The notes beneath the pieces are model-generated. The model did not search any database. It had not been told where the DNA came from and saw only the letters and a program-made list of their open reading frames with translations. This document shows positions 23,828-36,904 of a stretch of DNA of 64,000 bases, in pieces (the first letter of the stretch is position 1; every line of letters begins with the position of its first letter). The stretch lies in contig OZ316898.1 of the NCBI GenBank assembly GCA_973895155.1, positions 10,506,286 through 10,570,285 of the forward strand, given 5' to 3'. A program made the position numbers and the translations under genes. Source of the DNA: Marsupella aquatica. Taxonomy: Eukaryota; Plantae; Marchantiophyta.

Positions 23828-24304
23828 TCATATCTTCAAATATTTCTTTGGCACAAATTCTCTTGCTGCAAGTCTACGAGCTACCAGTGTCTTCCATGCA
23901 TCCTCGTCCATTTCAGCCTTCTTTTTTTCCCAATCTCTTTGAATCTGTACACAACTAGGGTGCAGCAAGAAGCCAAACACGTCTACTATATCAGAATGCT
24001 TCAAGCATTTTGATATCCAATCATATGAAACAATGAGGATTTTCTTAGCTACTTTCTCAAGTACATTCAACTTGCCAAAGAATTGACAATGACAATTTTT
24101 CCAGCTTGCTGGAACCACATGTGTGGTTTCTGTTCTAATCTTGGAGGATTTTGTCCCACCATAGTGTAGAAGCCTTTTTGAAAGAATATTGAGTCTTGTT
24201 TTAGAGATCTTTTCTCCATCAATAAAACAACAATGGATATCCTCAAACATATGTCGAGGACCAATGTCGTGACGTTCATTGAATTTTTTTTTCAAATCCT
24301 CCAT
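23828..24304 (-). CDS. BRCT-domain ORF (DNA polymerase X/lambda-like BRCT); probably part of the same transposon
   Basis: Uninterrupted 158-aa ORF with F..I.F.......RLNIL.KRL..YGG.......THVV......IVSYDWISKCLK (BRCT GG, THVV and W..C motifs). Same strand as, and ~400 bp upstream of, the PHD exon. Confidence 0.7.
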   Translation of the reverse strand: MEDLKKKFNERHDIGPRHMFEDIHCCFIDGEKISKTRLNILSKRLLHYGGTKSSKIRTETTHVVPASWKNCHCQFFGKLNVLEKVAKKILIVSYDWISKCLKHSDIVDVFGFLLHPSCVQIQRDWEKKKAEMDEDAWKTLVARRLAAREFVPKKYLKI

Positions 24305-25889
24305 GATTAGTGTTTATCCTCTAGCTATACACTGCAAAAGTGTGGTAGTGTGAAGTGAGACAAGGCTAAAATTGGTGCAATGACAAAAAGTTATGAAACA
24401 ACCTTCATTCTCAACTTCAACAATGAATAAAGTATTCAAACGCTAATCACAGTTTACAAGAGAAAAAAAGCCTTTAAAGACATTCAATTATGACTTGTTC
24501 AAGATCAATTGAAAAGCAATTTCATAGAGAGATCTTCCACCCTTCGAGATATTATCTAGACGTATAACACAATTTATGCAACTTTCTCACCATCCTACCA
24601 AGTGCCACTAAGACGAGCAGATTTCCAATAGCATCATTGAGTTGATAAATTATTGTGATTTCAATAGACTTGCTTCATTGAAAAAAGTGAGTTAGGCTAC
24701 TTAAAGCTAAGGAAAAAGTTGATAGATAAATTCAATTAGGATACTAGAAGGATTCAGGTAAATGTTGGTTGTATTTTCCTTGAATTTAGAAAGAAGAAAA
24801 GCAAGCCAATATTTAGCAACAATGAGCCAAAATGGAACGTAGTAAGAAGGTAGTTGCTTTGTAGAAATTGCAATGCATCAAAGAATAAACACACCATAGT
24901 TGAGAAGAACAAAAATTGAACTACTAACAGCAGTCACAACAATTTTAACAAGACCAAATTCATCAATTACATGCCTAAAAACTTTTCTCCTAGAACAATT
25001 CAAGCCAAGCTAATTGGTAGAGCCTACGGAGTATCCTTCCCAGTTCAAAGACTACTAAATGAAGCAGTCGATGCTTAAAATACGACTAGCTTGGCTACCA
25101 ATCCTCCTTGCAATCCTCTCATTCAAAATATAATTGCTAAATTGATGAGAGGAAAGAAAACTTAGAGAGAAAGCAAGAAGCAAATAGGTACGCATCCTCT
25201 AATCTGAATGTGAAAAGAGAGCAGAAATGGAAAAAAATGACATTGAAAAGAACATGAAAATGAGTCATTAATTGTGCTCTAATATCCATTGTGCCAACAA
25301 AATAAATATATCAAATCTTCACCATAAAATCACAAAAACATGACCCATGTGGAGTGACAACAATATCCAACCAATCCAAGACCTCTCAATATTTGGATCT
25401 TAAATTACTCACTTTCAATCTTCAAACACAAATTGAATTATTTACTGTACACACATTTTACAGCACACAATCACCAAATTCCACATGCAATGACAAATGT
25501 ATAGAATGAGATACTAATGATTGTGAACCTATAGTATGGCTATCAATGAAAAATTGCTACCAGACTTCTTGTATTTTAGAAGTATTAAAAGTCAAAGTAA
25601 ATCCATCTACAGTATGTCTTTTAGCAAAAATTATTATCAGAAAAACAAGTCACGTTGCACAGGTCAAGAAGACTATTGTGCAGATAAGAGATTCTTTGAG
25701 AAAACTCTTATTTGATTCCAAACATTCACAACAAGTAGCTTTGGTAACCGCGCAAGATTTTTTGATTATACAAAAAGCAGTTACAGTTCACAATAACCAA
25801 GTAATAGAGCAAGTAAGAACAAATAACAAACGAAAGGCCTAGCTCATGCAATGTTTAAAAGGTATGACATGTGTGGCCAAAAAGTACAG

Positions 25890-26810
25890 TGCATGACATA
25901 CGTGAGATTTTACTGACAAGCCATCATAAAAAACAAGTGAAATAACTAAATAAGAGCTTTGTGTACGTACCTAGGTCTTAAAAGTAAAGTTGTACAGTAG
26001 TACTAAGATGGTTGTGCAAGCTTCAGCCTCTTCACCTTTTTGTCTTCTCTGTCCCGCAATGTGCACAATCTCTTCGTCTTTTCTTCGAGCGCCTTGCTCG
26101 CTCCTTCCAGCGCCTTGCTCACTCTTTCCAGCGCCTTGCTCAGATGTGCAGAGTCTCTCCCTTTCTTTTCTCTTGTCCAACGTCTTACTTTCAAAGCTAT
26201 TGGCAAAGGTGTGCATGCCATGCGTGAGATTCTTCTGACAAACCAGTGAAATAAGAGCTTTACAGTACGTACTTGGGTTTTAAAAGCAAAGTTGCACTAT
26301 TTTACTAAGCTGATAAAAAATATGCATACCATGCGAGAGATTCCCTTCACAAGCCTCCAAAAACCATCACTGAAAAAAGACCTATGTGTTACGTACCTGC
26401 GTCTCTTCACATTCTTTTCTCCTCGATTCTATTCTTCTCAGTTCCACGATGTGCACAATCACATTCTTTTCCTTGGTCCCACAATGTGCACAATCACTAT
26501 TTCTTTACCTCGGTCCCACGATGTGCAAAGTCTTTCCACTCTTTCAACAACTTGTTCACTCTAAAAGGCTAAGCTCATTCCCTCATATATTCCCACTTTA
26601 CTCCATAGCTCTTTCACCCGACATATTTTTTTTCTGCAGGAAACATTTTGGCGCCTAAACCGCCTCCACTCTTTGACCATATCACTTTAGGGTGCTATTG
26701 AACATTACCCTAATATGAATATTTTAACTTTGGTGCATGAAACGCCTCCACTCTTTGCCCATATCATTTTAGGGTGCTATCAAAACATTATCCTAAAATG
26801 AATATTTAAT
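25890..26810. repeat. Cluster of diverged local duplications (21-bp x3; ~100-bp and ~68-bp duplicates)
   Basis: GCGCCTTGCTC(G/A)CTC(C/T)TTCCA x3 near 26089-26141; CGTGAGATT...AAATAAGAGCTTT...AAAGTTG twice; CGCCTCCACTCTTTG...GGGTGCTAT...TGAATATTT twice (~26661, ~26743). Confidence 0.7.
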
Positions 26811-29800
26811 ATTACTCATGCCTACCAAAGCTTGCCCTAAGGTTGACATTATGTCATTATATGAAGTATTCCTATATACATTTAAATAGATTTATTATGT
26901 ATTTTTTCAAAGACATTTTATATATGGACTAATAGGATAATGCCACATGGACCAATAAAATTGTGACATCTGTCATGTAATATGTTTTGGAAAATACACC
27001 TATTTTGTAAATTACTTTTTCCTAAAATGAAAAACAATGAAGTATCCTATTTTACTTTATAAATTCATCCAATGGCATAAAAACACATTCTTTTGCATCT
27101 TATGCTTTTTAAAAATTTAGCTAATTTTTATCAAAAGTACCTATTTTGGATCGCATGTGGTTCCTAAAGTTTTTGATAGTCGACCCCCCGAGGACAAAAG
27201 TACAACAAAACATGACACTCTCTATGAATAACTTAACCCAAACAACCCTAAAATGTTATCATCTCGATCTTTGTTTTTCTTTCTTTTTGCAACATTCATT
27301 TTTGGAGGTCAACATTAGAACTTTGCTTGAATTTTTTGTTGATACCACAATGAATGATCCAAATAAAAAAGGAGTCAACACCCCCTCTTGGGCTAACGAT
27401 GGATTTTCTTAACTTTTTCAAACAACACAATTGAGTGTCCAAATTTAATTTTTCTCCGGAATTATTGAAGATCGTTTGAGAGAAACATTGAAAGATATCC
27501 AGATTGGTAAGTCTAATGATGAAATCAATGAGAGGGTCATAATGAAGAGTGCAATTGTGATGGAAAAGATCATGCGGACTGATAGACATGTTTCACGGAA
27601 TTTGTATGATATAAGGAAAAAATTGATGGTAGGAAACACTGTAATCAACACTGCATTAACTGTGACTTCTATGTCTACTCCAACAAACTCTACAGATATT
27701 GAATGTATTAATCCTAGGAGCCCATATAATAACCCTCATTATTGCCAGTGAAACTATATCTTTGGGTGGAGTGTAACCAAGGTAAAGTCCACCAAGGCTC
27801 ATTCATGAAATTCACAAGTTGCTTCTTTGGCAAGTATGGTTGGTGAGATGAAGGAAGGTTAAGAAGGAAGATGCGAGAGTTGTACGTTAATGGATGCAAA
27901 ATTTGTTACAAAAAGTTTATTTTTCAAAAAGATCAAAATTAACAACCTAAAAAGAGCCAAGAATCTAGGATGCATGTTGGAGGAGGCTTATGTATTTGCA
28001 TTATGATAAATAATTCAATCTAATAAAATAAATATGTGACTTGTGTGAATTATTTTTATCTTTTATACATGATCTTAGGTAATCCTCAGCCCATGTTGCT
28101 TCATAATTGTTCCAAATTTATTTTCCTTCCATCATTTTCCTGGAATCATTTAATTTTCGTTAAAATAAATTTGATATCAAAGTTAAAGTTTGAAAAAACT
28201 CTTTGAATTTGTATTTTTGCGTATCATATCTTTTCATTAATTGATACCATTTTTTTTTCATATTCTTGATTTTTCATTCAATTTTGATTCAGTATCTTGC
28301 ATGTATTTTGTTTTATGTTCTCACACTAGCAACACTTATGCCTTTAGTGTATATTGGCTCACCAAAATTATGGATGATGAAGTTATCTATTCCAATATAT
28401 CTAAAATTGTCCAATAAATATTCATGGTACTCATAAATATATTAAAATATTTTTTTCAATTTTTGAAACAAATTCATTTATTGTAAAGTGTTTATGTCAT
28501 AAAATAAATCTGGATAGTCCCAGTCTAGATAAATGAACAAACCATGATGATTAATAATAATTATATTATTTAAATAATATTTTAATTTTTAATCTATCAT
28601 ATTTTATATTTTTATCTTATTTTTCAGATATGCATATTAACATTATTATATTTACATGTGATATTTTTTTATCGTATTTACAAATGAGATAAATATTGTA
28701 GAATGAAAAAAAATTTGGAAAATCATTGAAGATTGTCAACAATATATTGCTGTGCATTTTTTTTTTTGTCATATAAATCTAAAAATTATCAATAATATAA
28801 TTGTGATTATGAACTATATTTATAAATATGTGTATAAGAGATTCAATGTAGTTTTAGTTTGATTGTCACGAATTGATGATACATAAAAAATAGACATCAC
28901 TTATCAAAACTACAAGATAATTATTATATTTTAATTTTTTTTAGTTAATTATTAATTTTAAATATTACAATAGTTAAAAGTTTATTAAAAAAATACAATT
29001 ATTATCTTTTTTTATTTTAGTATTTGCTAAATTTTACTAATATTTTTTATGTTTATCTTATCTATTGAAGTATGTTGACACATTTTCAAATTTTATTTAC
29101 ATTTGGAATAGCTTAATATTGTTTGATTATTTATTTATCTTAAGAATATGCAAAATATTATTTTTAGTAAGAATGTTACAATTGAAGAGATCTTGCAACG
29201 AATGATATCAACCATATTAACAAAATAGATTGCAATAAATGTTAGTGATCCAAGGACACGATAACATAAATACCATAAGTTTACACTTTATTCCAATTAA
29301 AACAAAAACAAAAAAAATGAATTGTTTGTATGAATATGATAAGAGGCTACGAATATTTTACTGAACGTTTATATTTGACTCATATAGATATGATTGGATC
29401 TTCACTAAGCACTAAAAAATTTGAGTTTATATGTTATTTATTTTAATTTTTTTTATTATGTTTTAATAAATTTTTATTGTGTAGGTGAAAAAGAACATCA
29501 ACGAATGCAATTATTTCTTCATCATATTAAAGGAGTTATTGGATATGACAACTTAAAAATAGTTGATAACGTAATTTTACAAGTTTCACTTTAAAAATGA
29601 CACATCACATGCGATAAAATATAAGATCATTTTATTGGTTCAAATCAAAAATTAATTTATTTTTTTTGAAGAATAATAGGATTTTTTAAATCCAATTTTA
29701 AGATTTATAAGAACATCAAGGTCTTTATAACCAATTTTTTAGATTATTTCAAGATTATTCTAATTTTAGAGAGATTAAAATATTTTTTATTTATATGTTA

Positions 29801-32800
29801 GGGAATCAAAGATCTAAAAACGTTACAGGTGATGGAAATACATTCATGTAGTGAACCCTCGACGTAATCATGCCTAGTTTTAAGGAGACAACAATTAAAT
29901 TAGGACTCTTGAAAAATGATATCAAGACTATTGATGGTTTGGAAGAATGTTCAAAGATTTGGATTGGACGTGCAATGTATCAACTTTTTGTAATCATTCT
30001 TCTCTAGAACACACCTACACGCCCTTAAGAGTTATTGGATCAATTTATAACATCAATGATTGAGGATCTATTGTATTTGAGATGTAAAGTGTTCTTTTTT
30101 AGACATATCAAATTTTTTTCTTATGAGTACATTTTTACTAATATTTTATTTATTTTACAAACTAACATTGATCAACTATATTGTACCTGTAAAAATTTTG
30201 AACATATGATATTCCTTAGCATGCTATACTCAATGATGCATTGTTGGAAATTGACCGTTACTTACAAGATTATAACAAAAGATTGTCTCATTATTTTTAC
30301 ATGTATCAAACAAATTTTATTTGCAATGAAGAAGCTAATTCTCATTTGAAGTTAGAGGAACTCTTTTATGATTGTGTAGTGCTACGTGCATGTGCACTAG
30401 AGGGAGAAGTCAAGCTAATTGATGGACAAAATTTAATTTGGCAGCAAGTGAATGATGTTTGTGAGATTATATTGCAGGTGAATCTCCTCGTGTAATTACA
30501 TACATGATGATATTTTCTATTTTCACATGTCTAACTCATGGATTTTAATTCATCTAGGAGCATCTATTCTTTATTGATGGACCACTGAAACCAGAAAGAC
30601 ATTTTTATATAATCTTCTACTGGCAAGGGTTAGATGTGATGGGCATATCACTCTTGTTGTGGCATCATCGGGGATTACAGTCTTATTACTACAAGGAGGT
30701 CACACGACATATTTATATTTTAGGATTTCACTCATTGTTCACAAAAACTCTACTTACAAGTAAGAAATTAAAATTATATTGATAGTCAGATTGAATTCAT
30801 GAAAGGTACTAATATGTGGAATTTTAAGCTATTGGTTTAGAGGATATTGCATGAATTTTGTTTTTTCATAATTATTTTTGTGATGATTGTGTGCAGGCTC
30901 ATAGTAATGTAGAGTGAAACGACACGCTTGATCCAATCCACATTATTGATCATATGGGATGAAGCACCTATGACTCATAGACATGCCTTTTGAGGCTGTT
31001 AGTCGGAAACTTCAAGATAACATTAAGTGTAAACTTATTGTTTGAAGGAAAATTGATGATTTTTGGTGGTGATTATTGCCAAGTGCTTCCTGTTGTTTGG
31101 CATGGAGATCAAGCGGCCATCATTCGAGCCACTTTCAAAAGATATTTTATATATGGTCAAAGGTGAAAGTGATGAGGCTAACTTGTGAAAATATGAGAGT
31201 CAAAACACTAGAAGGTATGTTTTGTTATCAATCATTGTTTCATATGTATATTTTATACTTAGTGTGTTATATTTATAATACTTGTAACATTACATTTTCA
31301 CTCCTTAGTTTTTGGAATGTTAATTTATTCTAGCACTAACTTCTCAATGTTGGAATAAGGAAAATTATACTACCTCATAATTTAATTTTTGACAAAATTT
31401 GGATTTTCTATAGGACAAGAGGCGCTTGAGCGACAAGGCTTTAGTAATTGATTACTAGCAATTGGAGATGAGACTTTACCAACAAAGCCTAATTTGGGTG
31501 ATGATGTCATTTATTTATTGCATGATCTAATAATGCCAACTGATCATCTTAGTGACCTCATTGTTGAGATCTATGGCTTAGATCCAGTGAGCTTAAAAAA
31601 TGCTAACTTTTTGAAAGATATAGCTATCTTAACCACCACAAACAAATATGTTGATAAGGTCAATAAGGAGGTGGTGTGTGGCTTTCCTCGAGAGGTAAAA
31701 TCCCTTACCACTAGCAACATGAAGAACTTTCAATGTTGTCCTTGAAGGAAAAAAAATTCAATGATTCAAGTTAGTAATTTTTTTATCATTTTCATCCATG
31801 AGTTTTTGCAGGAACATGAGATTTTGAGTGCATATTCAATTCCCAATGAAGCAACTGCCTTCATGTATCCCACCGAGTTCCTCAACACATTGTTACCATC
31901 AGGGTTACCTCCACATAAGTTGACCCTTAAGATTGGTGCACCAATCATGTTTTTGAGAAACATGAATGGGTCAAAAGGACAAGCCAATGACACTTGCTTG
32001 ATAGTTTGTGATTTTTGGCGTCACATCATAGATGCATAAATTATCATAGGGAAGAACATCGGAGATCGTGTTTTTATTCCATGCATTCCTCTTATTGTGT
32101 CTGACTCGGGGTTATCATGCAATCTTTGACAATTTTAGTTCATATCCGTGCTGCCTTTGGTATGTGTGACGGGGTCCCCATCCCCGAAGACCCACGTTAG
32201 TCGGTTACCAAGAGTTTTTTAATGTAAATAGGCTGGATGTAAATATGTTATTTCCAATATATATATATATATATAATTTAGCATAACAAAGTTAATTAGG
32301 CTATTATGAGCTCATGGGGCATGGGGTCGGAGCCCTTGAAGTTGGGTAGTAACTCATTTTTTATTTTTTATTTTTCCCTTAGTGGTTTCCAGGCTTCCCA
32401 TTCCGGGCTGGGGAGGGAATCAAACTGGGCATCTTAAGGGGGTATCACAAATAAATTGTCGGAGACCCAGACAATTTATTTTTTATTTGCAGCCCCAACT
32501 AACGAAGGAGAGAGGCTAGCTGGGAAGAACCCTGGCTATGTACCCTGTCATTTAGGACCCAGTTTTGGTTTAGGAGTTGAGAGTGTTTTGAGGGGTTTAA
32601 AACACCATTATTCTGGGCCAAATAGGGGAGCAAAGGGGGGCCATAGCGAGCCCCAAAAGATGCAGCTGGGCGAGAGTATGTAAATGGGAGGGGGATTTTG
32701 GGAAGGCAGATGCCAGGCCGGAGAGAGGGGCAACAAGAAGGTGAAGGGGGATTAAGACCCCCGATCCTAGGAGCAGGCCAAGGAAGGGGGGAGAGAAAAA

Positions 32801-33230
32801 AAATCAAATTTCCCAATCCTAGGGGGAGGCCTTGGAAGCCAGGAGAAGCCACATAGGGCCTCGCGCCATTGGGAAGGAGGGGATTAAAATCCCCCAAACT
32901 TGAGCAGGCAAGTACAAGGGACAAGTAAAGGGGGATGTTTAATCTCCCCCTCCCAGGTGGCGAGCCAGGAGGAGCCGCATGGGGTTGGGCGTGTTTTAAG
33001 GTGAGAATAAAATTGGTTTTATGAAGGACTCCCGACTAGGCATGAAGTTGGGGACATTTTTTGAATAAGTCATTTTTGTTCTCTTTTTGGGAAGGCTGGG
33101 GCTGGGCGCCAAGCTTGAGGTGTTTTGTAAAACAAAGGAAGGGAGGACGAGCCAACGCGTCTCCCTACATACACAAAGCATCGGAAAGAAAACAAAGACG
33201 AGAGTGGCTGGGCACGTTTTAAGGGATAAT

Positions 33231-33361
33231 GTGCTCTGAAAAATGAGATACTTTGTCATTTATCACGGGAGTAGTTGATGCTCTGAAAAATGTGACACTT
33301 CGTCATGGGAGTAGTTGATGCTCTTAAAAATGTGACACTTCGTCATGGAAGTAGTTGGTGC
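33231..33361. repeat. 40-bp tandem repeat, ~3 copies
   Basis: GGGAGTAGTTGATGCTCTxAAAAATGTGACACTTCGTCAT repeated. Confidence 0.8.
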
Positions 33362-33750
33362 ATGACCCGAAGCCATGGTAGTCGCTACACTTGGAGAGGG
33401 GTTTGACTTGGAAAGGGGAGTGACCAAAGGGATACTATGTTGTGAGCCTACTTAAACCCTCCGCTTTTCTTATCATTCTTCACTCTTCATTCTCTATTGG
33501 GCATGAGTTCTTTAGCAAGACTCCTCCTCTTTTAGCACTACTAAATTCTGGAATAATGGAAGGGAGTTAGGAATTCTGGACAACAATCCTTGGGGTAATT
33601 GAGTTGTGAGAAGAGTGACCGAGTAGGTACGTGGGCTGTTGAGTGAACCTTGGCTATACCAAGCTAAAGTTGGGGGGCTGTTCGGGCCTTGTGGTTGTGG
33701 GGAAAGATTATGGAAGCACTCTTAAGACTGGACGATCCTAAGAGGAGTGG

Positions 33751-36700
33751 ATGAGGGATAGGCCTGAGTTTTCAACTGCACATATACAGGGGTACCGGGC
33801 GGCTTACCGGGAGTACTTTGCCTCACTCGTGGCTAGGGAGAGAGAAATCAAATGGAAGACGTGGGCCATGACCACCGAGGAGGAAACGAGTAGGGCACCC
33901 AAGAGTTTCAAGAGTCCATACCCGAAGACCACCACCAGAATCTTTGAGGGGAGTGGAGAGTTGTTTAGAGCCACCGGGCTTATGGATTTGGTGAGACTAG
34001 ATATCAAGTGCCATATTGGGAAGAGTTGGGACGTCGAGGCAGAAATGGAGGCCCGGTTTGGGGGACTATACTATCGTTGCCTCAACAACACTTTTAGTCA
34101 CTCCGACATTGTTGGATTCATAATGCTTTCCAACCAAGATTTCACCTTTTATCCCATGGGGCTACCTTTTAAACTAGTCACCCTGGACCAATTAGCTGAG
34201 TCGATGAGGGGAGCCAATGTCGGTGACCAACATTCCCCTCACCTCCTTCAAGGAACTAGCGTACAAGGGGTTCATAGGGAAGGTGCACCAGCGGATCCTT
34301 AATCGACCACAATCGGGTTTCATCATGAGAGAGCACCTGGCCATCGCAATGGACGCTAAGGGCCACCTGGAGCATGCATATGATTGGTGGGCATATAGTG
34401 TGAGGAAGGCCTTGGTTGTGGATCCCCGGAGTCTCCAGCTAGGCGGAATCATTCATGTGATTGGGTCCTTCATCTTGGCCAGGGCTGAGGGACTCATACC
34501 TAGTCCCCCGCCTCCACCAGAAAAGGGGAAAGTGTTGCCTTCCTTTGCAACTAAAGTGAAAAGGATTGCTACCACAGTCATTGAAAGAATGGCCCAGAGA
34601 GCACCTACAATGTCAACATCCACAATTACCACAAATGCGTTAGATGAGGAGGAGGATGACAAGGAGTATACATTGGAGTGGCTAGAGGGCCTGGTCAACA
34701 ATCCAGAGGAGGCCATTGAGTATGACATTCTGGAGGTATACTTGGCTGAACTATGAGAGTTTTGTACGGGTATCCACACGGGGTTGATGCTATGGCAGAC
34801 TACGAAAGAAGACCTTGACCAGACCAATTATACCAAGATTGCAGCGTTGGAGGAGGTCATCTCGTTGAATAAGGTCAACGAGGAGGTTACTCACTTGCAA
34901 GGAGTATTGGCCACCAAGACCAAGGAAGCAAAAGAGGTTGTGACCTTGAAGGGGGAAGTAGTAAGCCTGAAGAAATCATTGGGGGAAAGCAAGACCCTCA
35001 AGAAGCAGATTTTGGACCTCCATAGCCAAGTAAGCGCTTATGAAACTAGAAACAAGAGGGTTGAGGATTTAAGCCTTGGAAAGAGGAAGGACCCTTGTCC
35101 ACCCAGTGCTACCCCTACGGTTGCCTCGGAAATAGAAATTTCACAGGAAGCATTAAACTTTGCAGTCAGCACTGTGGTCATAGAGTTTACCAAAACTTAT
35201 GGACCCCTGTTGGAAGCTGCCAAGAAGGACAAGGAGAAGTGCAAAAACCTGGAGAGCAAACTGAAGGTGGCCTGTAAGATGTTACGAGATGCACTAGCTA
35301 CTCATGGTCCCACCGGTATGCCACCAAGGTTGGTCAAACCCATGTCACATTTGGCCAGCGGCCAAAGCTTACCCGTAGAGTTGCGATCACCGGAGGAGGC
35401 CGCCTTGTGGAGAGACACTATCAACCAGGGGTACACCCTGGGCCCTCACTCTTACTATATTAAGTGAACCCCCCTGAGAACAGACACCCCCCGTGTACCC
35501 CTTCTTAATATTTTTGTTCACAAAAAAAAATCCCTTGTTAATGTAAAAACATTATTTTTTCCTATAAAAATTTATCCTTTTGTAAATTATAACAGAGTTT
35601 TTCAAGGAATTAAAAAACCCTTGAATTTTTAAAAATTGTAAATATCATACTGAAACATAAAAGATTCTATTTTGCATAGGGGAATATTATGTTACGCTGA
35701 TGTTCACGGTACATATTTTATATAGATCATAACAAAATTAGTACTAAAGATTAGTTCTTCCTAGAGTATATGACTATAACTTAGGCAACTTGTAGACCTC
35801 ATAGAAATAAACTGAACTAGTACAAAGGCATTATTATGCTATGCATATATCCTTGGAGGAATAATTGTATATATACTACTTATGTAAACTCCAATTGCTA
35901 AATTATTCTATCTTGACTAAGAATGGTATGACATCAACCATTAACACCAAATGATAAGTAGAGTTTTTGGCAACTTCTTTCATGCAACCTGATACATCAA
36001 ACCACACATTAATCATATATATTCTAGACACAAAGTACTAATAATACAAAAAATGACTACTGAAAATTGTGGAGAGTAATACCATCAAATCTCCTTTGGC
36101 TGAAATTGTTACTTAGACATGATGGGTAATTTTCCTGCCATCTCTGCAATCAAACAACTGTGAGCACCGGGTACCCCCCCCAACCCAATGATCAAGGAGT
36201 ACACCACCCCACACACAAACACACCTGGCCTCATACCTGGCCATTTGATTTGAGGGAATTTAAAAGTAATCTTGTTTGTCTATGTGGGATTGATTCATGG
36301 GTCCCCATCAATCCCAGAACCCCAAACGAGTTGGGCCCCCAAAATCCTGGCCCAACATTTACTTAACTCCCAACTTAACACATGCGGGTAAACAAGTCTA
36401 CCATGCAAGCCCATGAAACCAAACTTGCCTTAAGAGGATAAATAATTAAATGTCTGATTTACTATATGGACATGTGTGCCAATGAAGTGATGACATGTGT
36501 GCCACCATATAGTGACACATGTCCTTGGCAGTTTAGGTACCCTTGCCTAAGATTAATGTGACATGTATTTGATAATAGCCTTATTACTAATATTGTGATG
36601 AATGTATATACATGGATGTTGCCTACTTTAAAAAATATTATAAAAATTAGTTTGCATTACATTAAAAATACCCTTGCGTTGTTCGCACGTCCTCCCTGCA

Positions 36701-36904
36701 TTAGTAACGCTGAGGGCCCAGGGGGGGTACATCACTACATGAAAGGCTTTGACCATTTTTTGATAGAAAAGAAGTTCGAGTCAGACTTCTGGGAGGACTA
36801 CTCCGGGGAAGAAGGGGGTGAGCGAGGTGACATCAGTTTAGTGAGGCAGTGAGGATGTCAGTGGCCACTCCGAGAAAGAAGGTAGTGATCAGTCGGAGGA
36901 GTAG
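33751..36904 (+). pseudogene. Disrupted TE accessory ORF (unknown N-terminal domain plus coiled coil), split by a TIR element
   Basis: Consecutive ORFs 33751-34302, 34217-34756 and 34784-35435 resume at 36724 (GYITT*KAL...SQTSGRTTPGK); homologous to 4-636. Confidence 0.65.
35436..36723. mobile_element. Non-autonomous TIR DNA element (MITE-like, 1288 bp) with 8-bp TSD
   Basis: Perfect 13-bp TIRs CCCTGGGCCCTCA / TGAGGGCCCAGGG, extending imperfectly to ~22 bp; TSD GGGGTACA (35428-35, 36724-31); AT-rich non-coding interior. Confidence 0.9.

Noticed and set aside
1164-26880. P-element TIR pair CATATAGG / CCTATATA
   Set aside because: Only an 8-bp match with no TSD.
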